Made by a program: the position numbers and the translations under genes
Notes under the pieces: model-generated
What the model was told of the DNA's origin: nothing
Database searches by the model: none
Seen by the model: only the letters and a program-made list of their open reading frames with translations
Shown: positions 40,365 to 52,652 of the stretch, piece by piece
Numbering within the stretch: position 1 is the first letter of the stretch
Layout of the letters: every line of letters starts with the position of its first letter
Origin: Eledone cirrhosa
Lineage: Eukaryota
Length of the DNA stretch: 64,000 nucleotides
Assembly: GCA_964016885.1 (NCBI GenBank)
Contig: OZ024740.1
Coordinates: forward strand, 145,266,001 to 145,330,000
Reading direction: 5' to 3'

Positions 40365-41074
40365 TGCTCTTGGTGAAAGCTATCAGAAACTATATTTTTT
40401 CTTTTTCTTTAATGGCGTCGCTTGCGAAAGAGGCGACACCACATTTAGAGAAGGGAGGGAGAGAGACAATCTTTTCTCTGATGTAATGACGATTGAGGAA
40501 GAAGAAGACGGAATGAGTGGGAGTGACTTGTGAAAATTCTTTTTTGTAGCTATGTTTTTTTTTTTTTGTTTAAAATGAATATTGGGCACAAAACCCCAAT
40601 AAGCGGTTATTTAACCCTGAAGGGCCAAATAACAGGCAGAAAGACCCCTCTCACGAGGAGGAGGGTGTTTTTATCTACAATTTGGTTAAAGTTTTAAACA
40701 GTTTACAATTGTTATAGCATTAAAAATGACTATACCTTACAGAGCCGAGCCTCCGTCAACCATGGCATTCAATAATAATAATAATAATAATAATAGTGAT
40801 TTATTTATTGGCCACAAGGGCTGACATCAAGAAAAACATTACAGACGGCACAGGACGGTACGAAGTGGGTTTTGTTCGTGTAAAGATTTTTATTATTTAT
40901 ATAAGAAAAGAAAAAGAAAAAGACAGAAACATATATATATAAACAATAAAAATGAAAATTGAAACAAAGAAAAATTTCCCAATAGGGGGGAAATCTCCGC
41001 GGGTTACTCGTGGCGAAAACCACACAAAAGACCACCAGGGCAAGCGCCCTCTCTCAATTTTTCCATTTCTCAAA

Positions 41075-44000
41075 CTACAAGCGTATACTCAGAGCGGCCC
41101 CGTTCACTCGGACCATTCTCGCTACATTCACCCACCTTTCAACAAACTTGCTAGAAGGCAGCACTTGCCTCTCCACCCTGATTTTCCTCTTCAAGTGAAA
41201 CTTGAAAAAGTTAATTAGGGATTCGCCGAAGAGGAAAGTATCTGTCTTTAACCCTTTCAACCTTGTCCACCACACAATCTCTTTCGCCATGGCCACCAGG
41301 CAGATGAAAACCGCCTGCCCTTCCTCCTCGAAGGAAGACGGCGAGACCATCTGCATATGGACTCAGTCGATAACCGGATCAGTCCTACACGCGACAGCAA
41401 CTGTTCGACATAGCTCCACAAGTCAGTAATGCTCGGACACTGAACGAGTGCGTGCATGACGGTTTCGTCGCTCTGCGCGCATCTCGGACAGGCTCGGCTG
41501 ACGGCACTTCCGTGCCTGTAGAGCTTATCTCGAACCGGCAACGCTCCCCAGTAGCACTGCCAGGCCAGGGATTTTTGGAAGTTATCCATAGGCCCTGGGC
41601 TGAAAGTTCTCCGGAAGAGAGCAAACAGCTGATCTTCTTCGACGCCCAGGATCTCACCGAGAACGTCGTCTCTCTTCCCCTCCACTAGTCCTCTATAGAA
41701 CGCCGAGGTGGATGTTCTACCGATACTGGTGCCAAGCTGGCAGAAGGCAGTGAGCGCCTGGAGTCATTCTAGTTTCCAAGCGCTATCCCTCGGTCTTTTC
41801 CTGACCCAGGACTGCAGCTCCGTCAAGGAGACGAGCTGTGGGAAAACGTGCCTGGCGAACGGCGACCGCACCTGTTCACCGTCAAGGACGCACCAGAGAT
41901 GTCGCAGCCTCAGCGCATGTTTGGGCATCATCAGCCATGTCATGCCCAGTCCTCCACGCAACGGGTGTTGACAGCAGATGGATCGTCAAACCATGGAAGC
42001 GCGTCCCTTCCACAAAAAGCGGAAGAGGAGGCGCTCCATTTTGGTGAGAGTTGGGCCGGGGCAAGGGACGACGGTGAGGCGGTAGCAGATGACGGATGCG
42101 ATGTACGCATTCGCCACCTCCGCCCGGCCTTTCATGGACAGCTTCCTCTCGGTCCATTCCTGGGTGAGGGAGGCCACCTTGCTCGTCACCTCGCTCCAGT
42201 TTTTCTCCATCTGGAGGTCCGGTCCGAATCAGACCCCGAGCAATTTAACCGGTCCGTCCGTCCAACGCCCCACAACGCTGTCGGACGGCATGGACTTGCC
42301 TTTCCAGGTGCCGAGCTGCAAGCCCACCGACTTTTCCTGGTTTATCTTTTCTCCTGTCACCGCTTCGTATTCCTTGAGAGCAGTGGCGAGCATCTGGACG
42401 TGTCTGGTGCTCGACACCACCACGGTGACGTCGTCGGCGTAAGCCGATTCGGATTTCCCGCATCCTAATTCGCGTGGGACGCCCCTCATCGCCCCCAGTT
42501 TGTGCAGTAACGGCTCGAGAGGGGACAACCCTGGCGGACCGAGTGCATGATGCTGAGCGGCTGCAGCAGGTGACCGTTCACCTTCACAACTGAGCAGATG
42601 CCGCTGTACATCGCAGCGATCCAACCCCTGAAAACGGGCTCGAAACCGGCTGCCTTGAGGACCGCCGCCAGGTACCGATGGTCGACCCTATCGAATGCTT
42701 TGGATTGATCCAAGTTGATCAGGGCCCCACCCGTGCCAGGTTCCTTAACCACCCTCTCTATGATGGATCGCATGAGGTAGAGGTTGTCGTGTATGGATCT
42801 CTCCGGAATGGCGCATGTCTGCGCCTCTCCTACCAGACCCTTGACGACAAGCGCCAACCTCGTTGCTAACACCTTGGCCAAAATCTTGAACTCCGCGTTT
42901 AGCAGGGTTATGGGCCTGAAGTTATCGATAACATCCCCCTTGTTCGGGACTTTTCTCAGCAGCGCCACCGCTCCCCGGCTCACAGAGCTAGGAATGCTCC
43001 CGTTCTGCTGCCAGTTGCAGTAGACGTCTGCCAAGAGGTCATCGAATAAGTCTGGCATAAATGCATAAAGCTCGTAGGGCAGACCATCCAAACCTGGCGA
43101 TTTACCCCTCGTGCAGTTAGCCATCGCTTCCCGTATTTCACCGGCTGTTATTGGCTTTTCGCAACATTGTGCTGCGGTCGTCGAGAGCCGAGGCAGTCCG
43201 TCGAGGTACGCACTGAAGTCCATACCCCGATCCGGCCCGCCGCTGCTCCCGAACAGTTCAGCAAAGTGCTGCTGAAAAGCTTCACACATCTGCTCGGGTT
43301 AGAGCAACACCCGCCCGTTTTGGTCAGATAAAGACCGAATTGTGGCTTTGTTGCCACGTCGCGCCTCTGCCACCCGGGCCCATTGGACGGCTTTTGTCCC
43401 CTCGTGTTTCAGAGCACGCGCTCTAGCTCTGACAACGCAGCCTTCGTGTTTTGCGTTGAAGAATTGGTCGAGTGCCAATCTCGCCGCAAACACGTCGGTT
43501 GCGATGCCTGTCCGAGACGCCTCTTCTAGCTTTATGACTAGCTCTCCCTCTGCTCTATTTTCCTCTATCACTAGTCCTTTGCTAAACCTAATCGACTCTA
43601 CTTTAATTGCCCTTTTCAGGGCGAACCACCACCTGTTGTTGACGACCTCTCCCGTCAACGCCCGCTTAACTAATACGCTAATCCGGTCTCTGTAGGCTTT
43701 GTGCGCCGGGAAAGACGCGTTCAGCTTCTAGTAACCGGGTTCTTGTCTATGAAGTCTGTCTATGTCGATCTCACAGATCACAAATTTGTGGTCTGTGTAG
43801 TCGACTATTTTAAATTGTGGACAACTTATACTAGCCTTATCTAGTTCCCTGCAGAATACCCTATCGAGATACGATCTGGATGACCCGATGCGGTTTGTCC
43901 ATGTCCACATTGGCACATTCGGGTGACCCAGTCGATACCTGTCAGACAGTTCAAAACGTCTGAGCAGGTTGGTGAGGCTCTTGCACCCTCCTCCCATATC

Positions 44001-44468
44001 CACTAGCCCTACACAATCCCAGCGTGCATCCAAGATACCGTTCCAGTCGCCCACTAACACTAAAGAGCGGGATGTTCCAAGAAAGGTCTCTAGACGTCTA
44101 AAGAAATCTGGCCGTCCTGTCCCTGCCGGGGCATAGACGGCTACTAGCCTGAAAGCGTTGCCTTCGGTTCCGGTCACGTCCAGCACCACCGACTTACCTT
44201 CTGGGTCTAGGAAGATGGCCCGTATGGCAAGATCCAAGCCTCTCCGAAAAAGGACGGCAACCCCTCCCCCCGATCCTGGACGGCTGGGAGATGCGTATAC
44301 ATCGTAGCCGCCAAAGATCGGTACGAAGCCTCGTGCTTCGGAGATCCTGGTCTCGCTAATGGCCACCACATCTATGTTTAGTGACCTGAGGTCGTTGAGC
44401 AGGTGACCCTGCTTCCAAGATGACCCCAGGCCACGTGCATTTATACTGCCTATTCTGAGTACGGCCAT
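41075..44468 (-). pseudogene. ORF2 of copy C (APE-RT), with stops and indels
   Basis: APE motifs GDWN, YLDRVF, TDH; PGY* in place of PGYW; RT motifs DQSKAFD and AYADD. Confidence 0.92.
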
Positions 44469-44499
44469 GTTGGATGAGAAACGAGGCAAGTGAGAAAGG

Positions 44500-46565
44500 G
44501 TCCCTTACCTTGACCGTGTGGTGAAGGGACAGTAGAACCGTCCCTTTGGCTGGTCATGGTTGTTTCCAAGAGGATGTCAGTGTATATCCTCTTGGTAACC
44601 GATCCTCTGAAGTCTCCAACTGCGTTGGGGAATTTTTGTTTTAAAAGTGTGTACTGTTCTATTGAGATTTCAATGATGCTTATGTTTGTCGGGTGAGTTC
44701 TTGGGGTTGGTGGGGTGTAGTAGTTATTTTCTGTGATGTCTGTGTGCTGCTTTATATATTATATGAGTTCTTTTTTTGCCATGTTTATGGCTGTGTACTT
44801 TTTGTAGGGAGGGGTGATTTTGTTGCTGTTTTCTTCTTGTTGCTGTTTGGTGTGTGTGTTTTGTTTTGTTTGCGCTGTTAGTGTTTTTGGTGATGCTGGT
44901 GGTGGTGTGGTTGCTGTTGGCGGTGGTGCTTGTGGTGGTGATGGTGGTGGTGTTGCTGTAAGTTTCCTTGCTGCCTTTACCCCTCTTTGTATGCCTTCGC
45001 TTTTGGAGGGTGAAGCTAAGGGGTTTTTGTTTTTTTGTTTTTGTGGCAGACCGTTTGCCACTTCACTCCCGCCTCAAACTCCATGTCGGATTCCGTGGCG
45101 TCTGGGAGGGGTATGTGCTCCACGGCTGTTGGTGGTGGTAGTGGAGCCCTCTTCGGCGATTTTATTGCTGGTGCAGCTACTGAAAATGTAGCTATCGGTG
45201 TTGCCGCCACTGATGCTGCTGCTTGAGTCGTCCGTGGCCTTGGTACGGAAGCCACGGACGTTGCTCTCCTACTCACCGTGGAATGGGCTTCTGCATTTGT
45301 TGCCTGCCCTGCTCTTGGTAGCAGCGGACCAGGTATTGGAAGGAGACGGGCCTTCTTCTTCGCTGTCTTCTGCAGGCAAAATGCCCTGAGGTGACCTTTT
45401 GACCCACAGAGATAACATTTAGGCCGTCTTCCTTCTACGCTTATAGGAAGTTGGAGTCCTTCCTCAACGTCTATGATATCGGGGATAGCGTTGATACATT
45501 CCTGGTTAGTTTGTATAAGCATTTGCATGCCTATATCTGACCAGTTCTCTCTCCCTATGTTCTCTACTTGCAGCATGGTCGTCCTTCCTCGATTCCAGCA
45601 AGGACAGACGCGGCCAGCCAAGGTATGGGCACGTCGGGTGGGACCTGGGTCACTTTGACCCTCACAATTTTCTGCCCGCAATAGGAGGGCACCAAGACTT
45701 TAGGGTTTCCAAAGAGTGAGATTCGCTTCTTGGTGGGTGGCGAAAAGTACGTCCACTGTGGCGTACTTTCTGCCTCGGGTGATGTGGGTTTTGCGTGCCC
45801 AGACGCACCCCAAGGCCTTTTGGATTTGAGCCTCCGTGGCTCTCTCCACGCGATGTGAGATTTTGCTTACGGTGCAGTAAGTCACCGTCCGTAGCTGCTG
45901 GTCCTGAAAAAAATCATCGGGTGGAGGTTTCAGGGAGACTCTATTGGCGCTTCTTTCACCATGGCCCTTGCGACTGCCATCTCCTCCTCTGCGACTAACA
46001 CTGTCTCGATATTTCGGGCGACACCTGCAAAAGAAGTGGTCCCTTTTTCAGCAGCACCACTATTGCTGCCGTTACTGGTCTTACTGGTGGTGCTGAGACC
46101 GCTGTTACAGGTATCGGTGTCATTTTTGATGTTTTCGTTGGTACTGTTGTTGGTGTTGTTGTTGTTGTTTTCGTTGATACTGTTGCTGTTGTTACTGTTA
46201 TTGTGGCTGTTGTTATTATTGTTGTTTTTGTTGATACTGTTCCTACTATTATTGTTGTTGTGGCTGTTATTGTCATTGTTATTGTCGTTCTCGACCTTAC
46301 CGCTGTTATTTTTGTTATTGTCGTTCTCGACCTTACCGCTGTTATTTTTGTTATTGTCGTTCTCGACTTTACCGCTGTTATTTTTGTTGTTGCTATTGTT
46401 ATTGATGTTGTTGTTGGTGGTGTTATTGTTGGTGTTGTTTGTGTTAGAAATATTTGGTAAATCTGTAACAATATCATTAAAAATGATATTGTTCCTCTTT
46501 TCCTTTGTAATATTTTCGTTTATATTTACCTCCGCTGGAACGGTGTCTTGTTGACATGCTGACAA
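44500..46565 (-). pseudogene. ORF1 of copy C, frameshifted
   Basis: Asn-rich N-terminus, SFAGVAR, CYLCGSKGHLRAFC knuckle. Confidence 0.85.
46276..46388. repeat. Three 36-bp tandem repeats inside ORF1 of copy C (NNKNNSGKVEND x3)
   Basis: Unit TTGTTATTGTCGTTCTCGACCTTACCGCTGTTATTT. Confidence 0.9.
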
Positions 46566-46835
46566 AGTCTCCCTCTGTGTTGTCTGACAGCGCTCTCTCT
46601 CTTTCTTGTGTTATCCATGTTGACATTTTTTTTTTCTTTCAAAAAATATTTTTACACAAATACGACATCCCGTAAAGGGGTGCCGTATTATTTACGAGTG
46701 AACCCCTGTATTAGGTGGGTCACTTCTTCTAAACTTTTATCAAATTTTAAACTTGAATAAAAGGTTTAGAACGGTTGAAAACGAGGTAAAACGTTGAAAG
46801 AAACTGGAGGCGATAAGAAGCGTGGCTTCACCAAC

Positions 46836-46869
<34 letters not shown>

Positions 46870-47111
46870 TTTTCTTTATTAACCACAAGGGTTCACATAA
46901 AGTAGACATTAAGGACAGTACAGGACAATACAGGACGGTACAAATGGGCATTTCTGCGTGTAAAAAAACAGAGGTTGAAATAAAATAACAAAGAAAAATT
47001 CCACAATAGGGGGGAGACTTCCGAGGGACATATGTGGAGAAGGCCCATTAAAAGACCACAGTGGCCCTGACCACCAGGGCAGGTGCCCTCTCCCAGTTTT
47101 CCACCTTTAAT

Positions 47112-50100
47112 TTACAGACACATACTCAGAGAAGGCCCATTCATTCGGGCCATACTTGCTTCTCTCACCCATCTTTCAACAAAATGCTGGGAAGAGAGCA
47201 CTTCCCTCTCTACCCTGATTTTCCTTTTCAAATGAAATTTGAAAAAGTTAATCAGGGCATCACCGAAGAGGTAAGTGCTCGTCTTCAGCCCTTTCAAACG
47301 TGTCCACCATACTATCTCTTTCGCCATGGCCACCAGACAGATAAAAACTGCCTTCCCTTCCCGGCTAAAGGAAGGGGGCAGGGCAATCCTCACGATGGAC
47401 TCAGCTGATAGCTGGATCCGTCCTACACGTGACAGCAGGTGTTCGACATAAACCCACAAGTCAGCAATGCTCGGACACTGGACGAGTGCGTGCAGGACGG
47501 TTTCGTCGCCTGCGCGCATCTCGGACATGCCCAGTTGACGGCACCTCCATGCCTGTAGAGTTTATCCCGAACTGGCAAAGCTCCTCGGTAGCACTGCCAG
47601 GCCAGGGATTTCTGGAAGTTGTCCATAGGCCCCGGCCCGAAAGTCCTTCCGAAGAGATTGGCTAGTTGATTTTCGTCGACGCCTAGAGTTTCTCCAAGTA
47701 CGTCGTCGCTCTTCCCCTCCACTAATCCCCTATAGAACGCCAAGGTGGAGTTTCCACCGATCACATTGCCCGATTGGTCGAGGGCTGTGAGCGCCTGAAG
47801 ACATTCCAGTCTCCAAGCGCTCCCTCTCGGTCTTCGCTTGACCCAGGACTGCAGCTCCGTCAAGGAGACGAGCTGGGGAAAAACGTGTCTAGCAAACGGC
47901 GACCACACCTGATCACCGTCGAGGAAGAGGTGGAGATGTCGTAGCCTGAGCGCGTGTCTGCGCATCATCAGCCACGGCATGCCCAGCCCTCCACGTAGCG
48001 GGTGTTGACAGCAGATGGACCGCCTGACCATCGGAGCGCGTCCCTTCCACAAGAAGCGAAACAGCAAACGCTCCAGCGCAGTCAGGCGGGGCTTAGGACA
48101 AGGTACGACGGTCAGGCGGTAATAGATGACGGATGCGATGTACGCATTCGCCACCTCCGCTCAACCTTTCAGGGATAGCTTCCTCTCGGCCCATTTCTGG
48201 GTGAGAGAAGCCACCCTGCTCGTCACCTCGTCCCAGTTTTTGTCCGTCTGGAGGTCTGGACCGAACCAGACCCCTAGCAATTTAACCGGTCCGTCCGTCC
48301 AGCGCCCGACGACGCTGTTGGACGGCATGGACCTGCCTCTCCAGGTGCCGAGCTGCAGGCCCACTGACTTTTCCTGGTTGATCATTGCTCCTGTCACCGC
48401 TTCGTATTCTCTTAGTGTAGTGCCGATCGCCTCGATGTGTTTGGCGTTCGACACCACTACGGTGACATCGTCGGCATATGCTGACACGGATCTTCCGCAT
48501 CTTAGTTCGCGCGGGACCCCCCTCAACGTCTCCAGTTTGTGCAGTAATGGCTCGAGAGTCAATACGTACAATAGGGACGAGAGGGGACATCCTTGGCGGA
48601 CCGAGCGCATGATGTTGAACGGTTCCGAAAGGTGACCGTTCACTCTCACTACAGAGCAGATGTCGCTGTGCATGGCAGCAATCCAGCCTCTGAAGACGGG
48701 CCCAAAGCCAGCCGCCCTCAGGACTGCCGCTAGGTAACGATGGTCGACCCTATCGAAGGCGCATGTCTGTGCCTCTCCCACCAGACCACCAACGACAAGC
48801 GCCAACCTCTTTGCTAGCACCTTGGACAAAATCTTGAACTCTGTGTTTAGCAGAGTTATGGGCCTAAAATTATCTATGTTATCCCCCTTGTTCGGATCCT
48901 TTCTCAGCAGCGCCACCGCTCCTCGGCTCACAGAGCTGGGAATTCTCCCGTTCTGTTGCCAGTTGCAGTAGACGTCCGCCAAGAGGCCTCCGAACAAGTT
49001 TGGCATCTGTACGTAAAGTTCATAGGGCAGACCATCCAAACCAGGCGATTTACCCCTTGTGCAACTAGTCATTGCATCCCGTACTTCAGCGGTTGTTATC
49101 GGCTTTTCGCAACACTCCGCCTCAGTTGCCGAAAGCCGCGGCAGTCCGTCGAGGTAGACACTAAAGTCCATCCCTCGATCCGGCCCGCCACTGCCCCCGA
49201 ACAGTTGAGCGAAGGGTCGCTGAAAAGCTTCACACATTTGTCCGGGATCGAGTAGCATGCGCCCGTCGTGGTCCACCAAAGACCGGATCGTGGCTTTGTT
49301 GCCACGACGCGCCTCCGCCACTCGGGCCCATTGAACGGTTTTCGTCCCCTCGTGTCTGAGAGCACGCACCATAGCTCTGACAACGCAGCCTTCGTGCTTT
49401 GCATTGAAGAATTGGTCAAGGGCCAATTTCGCCGCAAGTACGTCGGTCGCGATGCCTTTGCTAAGCGCCTCATCTAATTTTCTAACTAGTTCTCCCTCTG
49501 CTCTATTTTTCTCTATTGCTAAAGTCTTACTAAACCTAATGGACTCTATTCTAATTGCTCTTTTCAGAGCAAACCACCACTTGTTGTTGACGATGGCCCC
49601 CGTCAACGCCCTCATAACTAGTTCGCTAATCCGGTCTCTGTAGGCCTTGCGCGCTGGTAAGGACGCGTTTAGCTTCCAGTAGCCGGGTCCTCGCCTATGA
49701 AGCCTATCTAAGTCAAGCACACAGATCACAAATTTGTGGTCCGTGTAGCTGACTATCTTGAATTGTGGACAGCCAATGCTAGACCTATCTATTTCCCTAC
49801 AAAATACTCTATCTAGATATGATCTGGATGACCCTATGCGATTTGTCCAAGTCCACATTGGTACATTCGGGAAATCCATTCGGTACCTGTCAGACAGTTC
49901 AAAACGTCTGAGCAGGTTGGTGAGACTCTTGCACCCTCCTTCCCTATCCACTAATCCCACACAATCCCAGCGTGCATCTAAGATCCCGTTCCAGTCGCCC
50001 ACTAACACTAAAGAGCGGGACGTTCCAAGAAAGGTCTCCAGACGCCGGAAGAAATCAGGCCGCCCTGCTCCTGTCGGGGCATAGACGGCCACTAACCTGA

Positions 50101-50419
50101 AAGCTTGCCCGTCTCCGCTGGTCACGTCCAGCACCACCAACTTACCTTCTGGGTCCAGGAAGATGGCCCGTATGGCGAGATCCAAACCTCTCCGAAAAAG
50201 CACAGCAACTCCTCCCCCCGATCCCGGACGGCTGGGAGATGCGTACACATCGTAGCCGCCGAAGATCGGTGCGAAAGCCTGTGCTTCGGAGATTCTGGTC
50301 TCCTCGCTGATGGCCACTACATCTATGTTTAGTGACCTGAGGTCGTTGAGCAGGTGGCCCTGCTTCCATGACGACCCCAAGCCACGCGCATTTATGCTGC
50401 CTATTTTGAGTGAGATCAT
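47112..50419 (-). pseudogene. ORF2 of copy D (APE-RT); 752-aa open stretch with an in-frame RT deletion and later disruptions
   Basis: QTCA|FDRV lacks ~38 aa (IPDRSIHDN..LDQSK) present in A, B, C and E, including the first catalytic Asp. Confidence 0.92.
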
Positions 50420-50453
50420 GTTGAAAAGGAGTGGAAAAGATGGGAAAGACCAC

Positions 50454-52423
50454 TTACCTTACTTCTCGTAGGGGAAGGACGGTTTTTCCATCCTTTTCAC
50501 TGCTTGTGGCCTCCTCAGGAAGGATGTCCTTATAAATCCTCCTGGAGAGTGCTTGTCGGAAGTCTCCGATGTCTTTGGGGAATTTTTGTTTTAGTGTCAT
50601 GTACGTTTTCTGTGTGATGCGAGTGATTTGTATGTGTGGAGGTGGTGTGAATTTTGGGGTTGTTGTGTAGTCTTTTTCTGTGATGCTGGTGTTGTGTTGG
50701 ATGTAGTGTAATAATTGCTTGTTCAAATTTAATGCTGTGTAGTGTGTATCGTTTTGGTTGTTTTGTTTTGTTTGCGTTTGTTGTGGGTTTGTTTCTGTTT
50801 CGCATTTTGGTGACTTTTGTGGTGTAGGTGATGGTGGTGTTGGAGTTAATGATGGTGATGGTGTTGGTGTTTGGGTTGATGGGGTTGGTGATGCTGGTGT
50901 GGATTGTGGCATATCTGTCCTAACTTTTTTGTTTCTTAGTTTATTTGTTTCCCTCTGTATTTTGTTTTTGGAGGGGGAAGGAAGAGAATTTTTTCTTTTT
51001 TGGTTTCTTTTTTTTTTCCGGATATCGTTTCCCACTCCTCGTCGTCACAATCTGTCTCCAGTTGTGATAGGCGGGGGAGTGGAAAATCCTCCACAGCCGT
51101 TAGTTTTGGTTGTGGTGTGGTGGATGGTGTAGGCGCTGGTGCTAGTTCTGAAGCGTTGGGTGGTGGTGGTGTTGGTTTTGCTACTGTTGCTGGGGTTGTT
51201 GCTGTTATAGTTGCTTCTGTTGTTGCTGCTACAGTTGTTGCTGCCATCTCTGCTACTGGTGGTGTTGATGGTTGTGTCACTGGGGTGGGTAGGAGAGGTG
51301 GCCTCAACCTTTTAGCCTGAGGGCTGAAAGCCCTTAGGTGGGTTCCTTCACCACAAACGACACACCTAGGTCTTCTGCCCTCGACAATTACCGTGAGGTG
51401 GCTGCCGTCAGTGAGGTCTATTACCTCTGGGATCTCCTCAATGCTTTTTTGGTCCGCTTGGATCAGGAGCTCCATCCCAGATCCGGACCAGTTTTCCTGC
51501 TTTTCTTTTGCTATTGCTATTATTTTCGTGTTGGTTCGATGCCGGCGGGGACGGCCGCTATTAGCCAGGGAATTTCGATGGCCGGTGGAACGTGGGTCAC
51601 CCTGATCTTTACGAGTCTCTGGCCACAATAGCTTGGGACGAGTGTGAAGTCGTCACTTTTTAATGGGGCCATGGAGTGTTCTCTAGCCTCCTCTGGTGTT
51701 TCAAAGAACACGTCCACGGTTCCATACTTTTGCCCACGTCTGATGTGGGTTTTTCTTGCCCACACATGTCCCAAAGCTTTTTGGATTTGGGACTCGGATG
51801 CCCGTTCCACTCGGCGCGATTTTACATTTATTGTTCTATACGACACGGTGCATAGGCGCCGATGCTCCATTTTATTAGGTGGGGGGGGGGGGGGTGAGGC
51901 TGACCCTGTACCCATCTTTCTTTACCATTTGTTTGGCATTTTCTAAATCTTCCTGAGTTACTGTAAATGCTTCGAATTGTTTTGCTACTCTGGCGAAACT
52001 GAGGGGGGGGGGGTTTATAATGTCATTGTTGTTGTCGTTGCTATCGTTAATATTAATTTTAGTTTCAGTTGTGGTGGTGGTGACGTCAGTCGTCTTTGGT
52101 GGGGAAGAGTCCATTTTGCTTGATTTCATTTCGACATCACGAGTTAATTTATTTTTTTCTTCTTTTGTTTCTGTTGTCGCGGTGGTGGTGGTGGTGGTGG
52201 TTGTCGCGGTGGTGGTGGTGGTGGTGGTGGACGCTTTAACACCTGCAGTCATTGGTAATGGCGGGAAATGAATGTCTGCCTGAGACAAATTTAAAATATT
52301 GCTACTGCTTATATTTTTTTTTGTGTTGGCAAACGTAGTAACATTTACAATGGTGGTGTCGGTGTGAGGTGTTATTTTGTGAGGAAGGTTTTCAGCTGCT
52401 TCGTGCAGAGGTGAAGTAGCCAT
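50454..52423 (-). pseudogene. ORF1 of copy D, frameshifted partly at homopolymers
   Basis: Thr-rich N-terminus, SFARVAK, CVVCGEGTHLRAFS (degenerate knuckle), KFPKDIGDFR. Confidence 0.85.
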
Positions 52424-52652
52424 TTTTTTTCAAAGAAATTTTTTGATAATAATAAAAGTTAAAATTTTGGGCACAAGGCTCCAATCTTTTTGGGTGTCCT
52501 TTTCGGAAAACAATGTATGTGTGCTTATAAACAGTTAACAATAAAATTTTCCATAAATGGCAATTTTTAACAAACGGAAATAACAAACCTTTGCGGAGCT
52601 CACGATGATACGATTTACTACGTAGGTCGCCAATAATAATAATAATAATAAT

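Larger units (their letters stand above)
34708..40770 (-). mobile_element. Full-length Tx1/L1-clade element, copy B (subfamily 2 ORF2)
   Basis: 5' UTR, ORF1, ORF2 and 3' UTR; bounded on both sides by (AAT)n; ~6.06 kb. Confidence 0.95.
40795..46832 (-). mobile_element. Full-length Tx1/L1-clade element, copy C (subfamily 3)
   Basis: Same architecture as B, bounded by (AAT)n on both sides; ~6.04 kb. Confidence 0.95.
46869..52631 (-). mobile_element. Full-length Tx1/L1-clade element, copy D (subfamily 2 ORF2 with a different ORF1 and 5' UTR)
   Basis: Bounded by (AAT)n; ORF2 and 3' UTR nearly identical to B; ~5.76 kb. Confidence 0.95.
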
